Origin: an uncultured archaeon
GTDB lineage: Archaea; Altiarchaeota; Altiarchaeia; JAFGQM01
DNA: 64,000 nucleotides
Reading direction: 5' to 3'
Assembly: GCA_964540655.1 (NCBI GenBank)
Contig: CAZINR010000001.1
Span: 5,067-69,066, forward strand
A program made the translations under genes and the position numbers. Shown here piece after piece: positions 36,864-44,235 of this stretch; the first letter of the stretch is position 1, and the number at the start of each line of letters is the position of its first letter. The notes beneath the pieces were generated by a model. The model saw only the letters and a list, made by a program, of their open reading frames with translations. It was not told the DNA's origin and did no database searches.

Positions 36864-37798
36864 AACCTCAGTTTCTTGCGGGGGACGCTCACATCTTCCC
36901 CCTTGACTATTCTGCCGACGACTTTTGCTTTTGATTCCAAGTTGCTTACTATTCCGCCCACGGCCCCCGGCTCGCAGACTATTGCGAAGCCCATCCCCAT
37001 GTTGAACGTCCTGTACATCTCCCGGTCGGAGACCTTGCCCTGCTTTTTAATCTCCGCGAAGACCTCCTGCGGTTCTAGCGGGTCTGTGATTTCCGCGCCC
37101 AGACCCCTGGGAAGGATGCGCTTGAGCTTCTTCAGCCCGCCGCCGGTTATGTGTGACAGGCCATGTACTCTCGGCGTTAGGACGGAGAGAACCTCCTTGA
37201 CATAAATCCTGGTCGGCGTCAATAGCTCCTTGCCCCACGAGTCCAAATCCAGGACCTTGCGCGCAAGGGTGAGACCATTCGAGTGGATGCCGCTGGACTC
37301 GAGACCGATTATCGCGTCGCCCTCCTTGATGTCTTCACCAGTTATGATTTCGTCTTTCTTCACGGCACCCAAGCAGGTGCCGGCCAGGTCAAAGCCGTTG
37401 ATGACATCTGGCAGAGTCGCGGTCTCACCGCTAATGACTTCGCAGCCCGCTTGTTTAGCTCCCTCGGCCACCCCCTTCATAATCTCGGAGATCTGCTTTG
37501 ACTCGACCTTCTCTACCGCCAGATAATCAACGAGCGCGATGGGCTTGGCGCCGATGGCTATAGCGTCATTAACCACCATCCCAATCATATCGATTCCGAC
37601 GGTGTCGTACTTTTTCAAATGCTCGGCAACAAGAATCTTACTGCCAACCCCATCAGTGCAAAGAGCGAGATAGTAATCGCCGAACTCTACAACCCCCGCA
37701 AAGTGCCCAGATAGTTTAGTCGGCAATATCGAGAGAATATTCTTGATGGCTTCATCCTCCGCCTCAATATCAACTCCCGACTCTTTATAATCAACCAT
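36860..37798 (-). CDS. purM: Phosphoribosylformylglycinamidine cyclo-ligase (AIR synthase)
   Basis: 312 aa; AIRS N and C domains (LCTDGVGSK, GGGLKKL). Confidence 0.9.
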   Translation of the reverse strand: MVDYKESGVDIEAEDEAIKNILSILPTKLSGHFAGVVEFGDYYLALCTDGVGSKILVAEHLKKYDTVGIDMIGMVVNDAIAIGAKPIALVDYLAVEKVESKQISEIMKGVAEGAKQAGCEVISGETATLPDVINGFDLAGTCLGAVKKDEIITGEDIKEGDAIIGLESSGIHSNGLTLARKVLDLDSWGKELLTPTRIYVKEVLSVLTPRVHGLSHITGGGLKKLKRILPRGLGAEITDPLEPQEVFAEIKKQGKVSDREMYRTFNMGMGFAIVCEPGAVGGIVSNLESKAKVVGRIVKGEDVSVPRKKLRF

Positions 37799-38125
37799 TA
37801 TAGAAATCTATTTAGAGTCATTAACAATTAAAAGGTCGGGCCCCTGACCGAAAGAACCTTGACCCAAGTAGCATTTTCAGGGCTCTTTGCTCCCCCTCTT
37901 AAGGCTTTTTAGCCTCGCGTGAGTCCCTTGGGCTTCCTGAACAAGACTCTGCGTGCTTCTTCGGCTTCTCTATACTACTTTCCCTTTCCCCCAACCATAA
38001 TTCTATCCGATTGGCTTAGATGGGATGGGAAGTTAAGTCGCCTCTTGTCTCGAATTCATATTTGAGAGCGCTAAATCTAGCTAGTAATGCTTTTCCTAAA
38101 ACCGGTATGCGAGGAGGCTCCAGAC

Positions 38126-38470
38126 CTATTGCGCGTTAAGCTTCTTCCACTCCGAAACCACAAGCTCCTTGAACATCTCCCTGAGCTCTTCTACTGACAT
38201 GTCTCTCAGAGACCTGGCAGACTGGCTTTTCAGGCTCACTTTCTGCCCGCCTTTAGTGGAGAAACTCGCCCTTGACCGGAAGAAACTCGAATTCGAGAGT
38301 AGGGTCAGCGCCTCTCTGGTCTGCCCTGTTCTGAGCCCTCCGAGCTTTGCATGCGTGCTCTGGGCTTGCCTGAATAAGATCTCCTGCTCTTCACGTGTGT
38401 CCGCTGCGTCCTGGTCTTTCGAAGGCATAATGAATAGTCTTGGTTCTAAGGGCTGTTGTATAGTCCCCAC
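38126..38470 (-). CDS. Doubtful ORF in a gene-poor region (hypothetical)
   Basis: 114 aa with no family resemblance; sits in the 780-bp low-coding-density stretch between purM and csp. May be non-coding. Confidence 0.2.
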   Translation of the reverse strand: MGTIQQPLEPRLFIMPSKDQDAADTREEQEILFRQAQSTHAKLGGLRTGQTREALTLLSNSSFFRSRASFSTKGGQKVSLKSQSARSLRDMSVEELREMFKELVVSEWKKLNAQ

Positions 38471-38579
38471 ATATATTGAAGGTCTGCACTCTTAAATGCG
38501 CCGCGACCCCTCAAGATTGGTTTTTAAACATCTACTGACTAAACCAACGCAAGACCTTCGCGTCTTGTTAAGTTGAAAA

Positions 38580-38771
38580 ATGGAAGGAAAAGTAAAGTGG
38601 TTCAACGAAAGGAAGGGCTACGGTTTCATTGAAGGCGAGGATGGCAACGACTACTTCGTCCACTATACCGCTGTGGAGAGCGGCGGTTACCTCAATGACG
38701 GCGACGCTGTTTCTTTCGAGCCTACAGATGGCGACCGAGGAAAAAAGGCTGAGAAAGTCAAAAAGGCATAA
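38580..38771 (+). CDS. Cold-shock protein (CspA family)
   Basis: 63 aa; KWFNERKGYGFI (RNP1) and VHYTAV motifs. Confidence 0.85.
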   Translation: MEGKVKWFNERKGYGFIEGEDGNDYFVHYTAVESGGYLNDGDAVSFEPTDGDRGKKAEKVKKA

Positions 38772-38797
38772 GCAATAGGTTAGCGCTTATTCTTATC

Positions 38798-38830
38798 AGG
38801 TCCGAAACGGACCGGAATTCATTTCTTTTT
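38798..38830 (+). terminator. Hairpin plus T-tract downstream of csp
   Basis: ggtccg-aaa-cggacc perfect stem followed by ggaattcatttctttttac; oligo-T tracts act as archaeal terminators. Confidence 0.35.
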
Positions 38831-38863
38831 ACGCTTATTTTCTCCCTCCCGCAAAATACTAAG

Positions 38864-39811
38864 ATGGATGTCAAACTCTTTGTCATTCTGATAATCGTCA
38901 TGTTGATAGCAGCTCTTGCTCTCGTGCTTCTCAGCCCGGTACCTGGGGGCGGGGGATGTGCGGAAGATGGGGACTGCCCCCCGGGTTTCATATGTCAGCA
39001 GGAGACCTTCTGCAGCCAGGACGAACCGGAGAACTGCTTTGAAATGAACAGGTGCCGCCAGGCGCCGGAGTCAGATGGGGCTGTTTGCGGAAACCTGATT
39101 TGCGAGCAGGAAGAGCTGCAAACTTGCTCAGAAGATTGCATAGAGCCGGCGAACAAGATAGCCGGCACACCGTGTGTGGGTAACGAGCAGTTCGTCGATG
39201 TAGGGTTCGGGGGCTGGCGGACCTGCACCACAGACCCAGAGCAAAGGGGTGTCATGTGCAAAGAGGCGGGGGATGCGGCATCAGATTATGGACTGCCCTC
39301 CGATTCCCCAAGCGGGTGGTGGTGCGTTGTAGAGGAAGCGCCCTGTGCCGCGCCCTTCTGCTGGGGGACATTCGGAGACTATTCTAGCGAAGCCGACTCC
39401 ACAACAGTATATGAATGCAATTCTCCGGGCGGGTGCATCAGGACCAAGCCCACTCCCTCTCTCTGTGAGAACGGCGTTTGTGAAGCGGGTGAAGAGACAT
39501 CCTGCCCCCAGGACTGCAGAGAGCCGTATCCTGGTCCGCCCGAACTCTCGTGCGATGAAATAGATGGGGAGATGGAACGGGTGATGACGTGCCAACAGGA
39601 CTCGGACTGTGTTTTCAGCGAGGACATAACTGGATGTGGGTTCCCATGCGGAATGGCCCACAACAAGGGCTACGGCGCGGGAGAGATCCAGGCGCTCATA
39701 AGCCAGTGGGACAATTGCCACGAGTGGCCGTGCCCCGCTTATGGCTGCCCGACGGATGCCACGGCCAATGCCGTATGTGAGAACGGCGCTTGCGCGGAGG
39801 TGACGACATAG
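38864..39811 (+). CDS. Cys-rich acidic secreted/membrane-anchored protein (32 Cys in 315 aa)
   Basis: N-terminal TM/signal anchor (LFVILIIVMLIAALALVLL), repeated CENGxCxE and GDCPPGFIC-type motifs; 6 nt upstream of the Cas4-like gene. Confidence 0.6.
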   Translation: MDVKLFVILIIVMLIAALALVLLSPVPGGGGCAEDGDCPPGFICQQETFCSQDEPENCFEMNRCRQAPESDGAVCGNLICEQEELQTCSEDCIEPANKIAGTPCVGNEQFVDVGFGGWRTCTTDPEQRGVMCKEAGDAASDYGLPSDSPSGWWCVVEEAPCAAPFCWGTFGDYSSEADSTTVYECNSPGGCIRTKPTPSLCENGVCEAGEETSCPQDCREPYPGPPELSCDEIDGEMERVMTCQQDSDCVFSEDITGCGFPCGMAHNKGYGAGEIQALISQWDNCHEWPCPAYGCPTDATANAVCENGACAEVTT

Positions 39812-39817
39812 ATTAAA

Positions 39818-40723
39818 ATGGATATCAAAAACCGATTCTCCTGGTCGCAGTCGCGCCAGAAGATGTTTGACCAGTGCAAGCGCAGGTACTACTACAACTA
39901 CTACGGCTTCTGGGGGGGCTGGGAGTTCACCGCCGACCGGAGGACCCGCGAGATATACATCCTCAAGAAGCTTCAGAGCATGCCCATGTTCCTGGGGGAC
40001 AGCGTCCACAGGACCATCGAGAACTATCTCAACCAGCTGCGCAAGCGGCGCGAGATGCCTCTGAACTCGATGGTGCGCCAGTTCCGCGGTTACATGAACC
40101 ATGGGTTCGAGGAGTCGAAGGGAAAGAAGTACAGGGTCAACCCCAAGAAACACTGCGGGCTCTGGGAGCACGAGTACGGCGCCCCCATTGACGAGGGCGC
40201 ATTGGAGGACTTGATCCGCCAGGGAGAGCTGTGCCTGAAGAACTTCTACAACTCCAAGGTGCTCGAGGGGATAAAGGCCACCGACATAAACGACTGGCTT
40301 CCCATAGAGACGTTCCAGGACTTCAATTTCGAGGGGACGACAGTCTACGTCAAAATAGACTTCGCCATGATGAGCGGGGGCAAGACCACCATCTACGACT
40401 GGAAGACCGGGAAGACCGACAGCGGCACCGACTCTCAGCTGGCCGCCTACGCCCTCTACGCCACCAAGAAGTGGGGAGCGCAGCTGCCCATAACGACACG
40501 CGAGTACAACTGCCGCTTCGACGAGCTGAAGGAATCGAATGTGGGTGAGAGGGAGATAGAAGAGGCAAAAGAGCTGATAAGGAGCAGCATCGCCGAGATG
40601 AAGGAGCTCTTGTTCAACCCGGAAACCAACGCCGCGAGGGAAGCGGACTTCGAGAAGTGCGAGGGGCCGGAGTGCGATTACTGCAATTTCAGGAAAATCT
40701 GCTTTGAGGAAGAAAAGCTTTAA
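39818..40723 (+). CDS. Cas4-like PD-(D/E)xK nuclease with 4Fe-4S cluster (PDDEXK_1 family), standalone
   Basis: N-terminal Cys (FDQCKRRYYY), PD-(D/E)xK elements (VKIDFAM, IYDWKTGK, QLAAYALY) and C-terminal C-x2-C-x5-C (CDYCNFRKIC) preceded by CEGPEC. No CRISPR array in the window. Confidence 0.7.
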   Translation: MDIKNRFSWSQSRQKMFDQCKRRYYYNYYGFWGGWEFTADRRTREIYILKKLQSMPMFLGDSVHRTIENYLNQLRKRREMPLNSMVRQFRGYMNHGFEESKGKKYRVNPKKHCGLWEHEYGAPIDEGALEDLIRQGELCLKNFYNSKVLEGIKATDINDWLPIETFQDFNFEGTTVYVKIDFAMMSGGKTTIYDWKTGKTDSGTDSQLAAYALYATKKWGAQLPITTREYNCRFDELKESNVGEREIEEAKELIRSSIAEMKELLFNPETNAAREADFEKCEGPECDYCNFRKICFEEEKL

Positions 40724-41706
40724 TCCAATACCTTCAGTACTTCGGGCTTCTTCTTGAAATACTTCCTCACAGGCTCGAGATAATCGATTAGATAGCGCGC
40801 GCAGGCTTTCTTCAGGTCGGCCGGGTGCAGCCCTTCCACGAACGCCTTCTCTAGCTCGTCATAAGACTGGAGTTCCAAATCTCCGCCGAACTTCTCCGGC
40901 CGCTCGATGACCACCTTCTCATTCTTCGCGAATATGAAGAACCTGAACACGTCGAGTATCGGGTTGTTCTCCGCCTGGCCCGCCGGGCAGTAGGCCTTCT
41001 GGATCTTGGCCTCGGTGCTCTTCGGGTCTTCGTGGACCGCGATTATCGTCTCCGGTTTGCTCGAGCTCATCTTCGTCTCCGGCCCGCCCAGCGAGACTAT
41101 CAGCGGGGTGTGTATGCAGACTGGCTTCTTGCCTCCTATCTTTTCCAGCTCCTCGCGCGCCAGCATGTGTATCTTGCGCTGTTCGATTCCGCCGTAGCAG
41201 ATGTCGGCCTTGAGATGCTTCACGTCGGCGGCCTGCATGATTGGGTAGATCATCTGCGACACGTGCGCATGCTCCAAATCGCGCGCAACATCCTGCATGG
41301 AGCGTGTCGCCCTGTTAACAGTCACGTCGGTACCCAGCGCCAGAACGTCATGAAAATACTCGGGCTTCAGCTGGAACTCCGAGCCCTTGATGAACCGGGT
41401 ATTCTTCGGGTCCAGACCCAGAGCGATAAAGCAGTGGCGCCAGTACTCCACCATCTTGGCTATCCACTCCTCCCTACCCTTCATGTTGAGGAGGGTGTGC
41501 AGGTCGGCAAAAAGGACGGTCACATCCAGTCCAGCTTTTTGAAATTCGATAAGCTTCTGGACGGTCACCATGGTCCCTATGTGCACGGCCCCGCTGGTCT
41601 CGTAGCCGCAGTAGACGCGAGCTTTGCCCTTTTTAATCATCGCATCCAGCTCACTCTCCTCTACGACCTCTATGACGTTCCGCATGATAAGCCCTTTGTC
41701 CATCAT
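40720..41706 (-). CDS. tyrS: Tyrosyl-tRNA synthetase
   Basis: 328 aa archaeal-type TyrRS; HIGT (HIGH-like) motif and a KMSSS motif. Confidence 0.9.
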   Translation of the reverse strand: MMDKGLIMRNVIEVVEESELDAMIKKGKARVYCGYETSGAVHIGTMVTVQKLIEFQKAGLDVTVLFADLHTLLNMKGREEWIAKMVEYWRHCFIALGLDPKNTRFIKGSEFQLKPEYFHDVLALGTDVTVNRATRSMQDVARDLEHAHVSQMIYPIMQAADVKHLKADICYGGIEQRKIHMLAREELEKIGGKKPVCIHTPLIVSLGGPETKMSSSKPETIIAVHEDPKSTEAKIQKAYCPAGQAENNPILDVFRFFIFAKNEKVVIERPEKFGGDLELQSYDELEKAFVEGLHPADLKKACARYLIDYLEPVRKYFKKKPEVLKVLD

Positions 41707-42266
41707 AGCTCTATCCCCATGGCATGCTCCGACTCGAACCCTATGGTCGAGGTCCTTAGGTAGGCAGAGTCTTCGTCCAGCTCGTATAGATCGAAAACCA
41801 TGGTCTCGTTGGTCATGTTGGTTATCAGGCAGTCGAAATCCTCGCAGACCCCCACGGTGTAGATTATGAAATCCCCCCTCGCTTCGTCCGATATCTCATC
41901 CTCGCTGGCGTTGGTCAGGATGAGCTGCGAAAGCCCGTTGTCCAGGAGATAGAGGTCCCCTTCCAGCCTGCCGCTCAGGTCTTGTGGCACCTCCAGCTGG
42001 CCGAACAACGCCCGGTTGCCGGTCAGCTCTTCAACTGTCGCCTGGCCGGTCCCCGCAGGGAAACCAGTTCCGAAATCCATATTGTCATCCTCGACTGGCT
42101 CTTCAGGCGCCGTGTTCTGAGGCGAGAAACCCCAGTAGGCGGCCACAGTGAATCCAAGGAAAAGAAGCACGAGCACGAACATAGTCCCGATCTTAATCTT
42201 TCTGTCCTTCTTCTTCTGGAGCTTTATCTCCTTGCCGGTCTTCCTGCGCTTCTTAGCCTTGACCAT
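41703..42266 (-). CDS. Membrane-anchored acidic protein, hypothetical
   Basis: Basic N-terminus, one TM helix (MFVLVLLFLGFTVAAYWGF), acidic C-terminal domain; 4-nt overlap with the tyrS start. Confidence 0.45.
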   Translation of the reverse strand: MVKAKKRRKTGKEIKLQKKKDRKIKIGTMFVLVLLFLGFTVAAYWGFSPQNTAPEEPVEDDNMDFGTGFPAGTGQATVEELTGNRALFGQLEVPQDLSGRLEGDLYLLDNGLSQLILTNASEDEISDEARGDFIIYTVGVCEDFDCLITNMTNETMVFDLYELDEDSAYLRTSTIGFESEHAMGIEL

Positions 42267-42298
42267 CGTGGGTATAGTTGCTAGCCCTGACTAAAAAA

Positions 42299-43192
42299 TC
42301 ATTTCTTGGGCTTGCTTTTCTCGGATTTCTTTTTAGCCTTATTGGCCCTTCCCTCGGATTTCTTCTTAGCCCTGTCAGACTTGCCTTTGGATTTCTTCTT
42401 GGCCTTTCTTCTCTTGGAGACGCCCAGCCTGATGTCAAAGCAGTACCTGAAAGATCCGGGGGCGTAGTCTCCGGCCTTCGTCACGTCTATCTTGACCCTC
42501 GTCAGGCTCTTCTTGAGCTCCTGGATGAAATCCTCCAGCTCGTTCTCGTGGAGTATCTTGTAGAGGTGTATGCGCCCCCTCTTCTTTATCCTCTTCAGAG
42601 CCAGATAGAGGAAGTTCTCGCTGTCCTTGGGCAGCGGCATGACCACGCGGTCGAACTCCTCCTTCAGCTTCGGCACCTCCGCCTTGACGTCTCCCTCTAT
42701 CGCCCGTACCTTGCCTTCCAGCTTGTTCAGGACTATGTTGTCCTCGAAGAAGAGAACCGCGTATGGGTTTATCTCCACGCCCACAACCAGCTCCGGCTCC
42801 GCCAGCTTGGCTATGTTGATGGCATAGGGCCCGACGCCTGCGAACATGACCAGCACCCTTTCCCCCGGCTTGACCATCTCGGCGACTCGCTGCCGCTCAG
42901 TGCCCAACCGCACCGAGAAATAAGCCTCGGTCGGGTCGACCTTGAACCGGCACCCGTTCTCCTTGTGCACGGTCTCGGTCAGCTTCCTCGGCCTCAGCAG
43001 CGCGGAGACGTCCGAGAAGTCTCTGGCCTCCGCCCTGCTTGCCAAGATCTCATAGTCGCGTATTCGGTACTCGCCCTCGACATCGCCCTTCTTGGCTAGC
43101 ACTACGTTGACGTTCTTGTGCTTTTTCAGAAAATCCTCGCCGTCCGTCTCCGGCTCGACGATGGCGATGTCGCCGACTACGTCAAAGGCCAT
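42299..43192 (-). CDS. trm5: tRNA (guanine37-N1)-methyltransferase Trm5 family, with Lys-rich C-terminal tail
   Basis: Class I SAM MTase motifs (VLVMFAGVGPYAI, EINP). Start set at the internal MAFDVVGD so the overlap with taw3 is about 11 nt rather than 74 nt. Confidence 0.65.
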   Translation of the reverse strand: MAFDVVGDIAIVEPETDGEDFLKKHKNVNVVLAKKGDVEGEYRIRDYEILASRAEARDFSDVSALLRPRKLTETVHKENGCRFKVDPTEAYFSVRLGTERQRVAEMVKPGERVLVMFAGVGPYAINIAKLAEPELVVGVEINPYAVLFFEDNIVLNKLEGKVRAIEGDVKAEVPKLKEEFDRVVMPLPKDSENFLYLALKRIKKRGRIHLYKILHENELEDFIQELKKSLTRVKIDVTKAGDYAPGSFRYCFDIRLGVSKRRKAKKKSKGKSDRAKKKSEGRANKAKKKSEKSKPKK

Positions 43193-43760
43193 GTTCCAGT
43201 CTGCTCTGTAATCTAGCCAGTTTCCTGCGACCAGAATTAAACTTGATGTTGGCAATATTTACGAGATGGTCTAAATAAATGTCGCCGACCAGGATATCGC
43301 CGTTCTCGGCCACCGGGACCTCCAGCATCTCGGTGGAGCAGACCTCGACCAAAACCCGCTCGGGATTGACCGCCTGTATGCCGCTGCGCTTGAACCCCGA
43401 CTGCTGGGCGGCGAAGAGGAACCTCTCCGCAGCATCCAAGTTGCGCGCGACCACGTGCAGGATGGGACACTCCGACTGGAGGTAGGCCTCGTCGCGATCG
43501 TGCTTCTCGAGAGCACCTTTCAAATCCTGCAGCGTGACCTCTCTGTGCCACTTACCCAGCCAGTCGGACTTCAGCTTGTCGTGCTCTCTGGGAGTCTGCA
43601 GGACAGCTATCCTCCCGGCGCAGGAGGAGGTGGTGTAAAGGCCCTCATTAGAATTAATAAGATTGACTAACTCGGCGATGTCCTCGTCCGCCTTCCCCTC
43701 TTTGCGCGCGTCGGCAAGCTGCTTAAGGGCCTTCGCGCGCTGCATCGAGAATTTGCCCAT
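43182..43760 (-). CDS. taw3: tRNA wybutosine-synthesizing protein 3 (Taw3/TYW3 family)
   Basis: 192 aa; the TSSCAGRI motif is characteristic of TYW3. Confidence 0.7.
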   Translation of the reverse strand: MGKFSMQRAKALKQLADARKEGKADEDIAELVNLINSNEGLYTTSSCAGRIAVLQTPREHDKLKSDWLGKWHREVTLQDLKGALEKHDRDEAYLQSECPILHVVARNLDAAERFLFAAQQSGFKRSGIQAVNPERVLVEVCSTEMLEVPVAENGDILVGDIYLDHLVNIANIKFNSGRRKLARLQSRLEHGL

Positions 43761-43778
43761 TCTTTTCTTGGATGATTT

Positions 43779-44144
43779 TTATCTCCGGCCGCGCCGGTGC
43801 CGCTTCCCAGCCCTCATAGCCCTGGCATGCGCCTCACGTTCCTCGGCACCTCTCTTGCCCCAGACCTCCCTCATCGCATCACCGCGCTTTTCAGACGTGT
43901 GCAGGTTGGCCTTCCATCTCCTATACGCCGCCCAGGCATCCTCCCCTGCGAGGTGCTTTCTCAGATATTTATGAGCCCGGCGGACCGTAAGCCCCGGATA
44001 AGACCTGGCGAGCTCTTTGGCCGCATCGAGCCTGCTCCTGCCCGCGGCCACCATGCCCGCGGCCACCACCATCGCACCAGGGTTCTCCACCCAGTTGAAG
44101 TTCTTCCTGCCCCTTTGCGCCATATGACTCATTTTTAAAAACAA
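43779..44144 (-). CDS. Hypothetical Arg-rich protein
   Basis: 121 aa; divergent from topA across the inverted-repeat region; no family recognised. Confidence 0.3.
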   Translation of the reverse strand: MFLKMSHMAQRGRKNFNWVENPGAMVVAAGMVAAGRSRLDAAKELARSYPGLTVRRAHKYLRKHLAGEDAWAAYRRWKANLHTSEKRGDAMREVWGKRGAEEREAHARAMRAGKRHRRGRR

Positions 44145-44152
44145 ACCTCAAA

Positions 44153-44218
44153 AAGGAAACTCGCAAGGAGTTTCCTTGTCCCGCAAGATGGCTAAATGCC
44201 ATTTAAATCATCTTGCGG
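44153..44218. promoter_or_regulatory. Two perfect 10-bp inverted repeats flanking the topA TATA-like box (candidate operator)
   Basis: IR1 aaggaaactc-gcaag-gagtttcctt (44153-44177); IR2 ccgcaagatg-N18-catcttgcgg (44181-44218) encloses atttaaat about 30 nt upstream of the topA ATG. Confidence 0.4.
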
Positions 44219-44235
44219 TCAAAAACTGAGACGTT

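Noticed and set aside
39281-40171. 296-aa minus ORF spanning the Cys-rich and Cas4-like genes
   Set aside because: Crosses the boundary of two plus-strand genes that each have coherent motifs; Ala/Val/Leu/Arg-rich.
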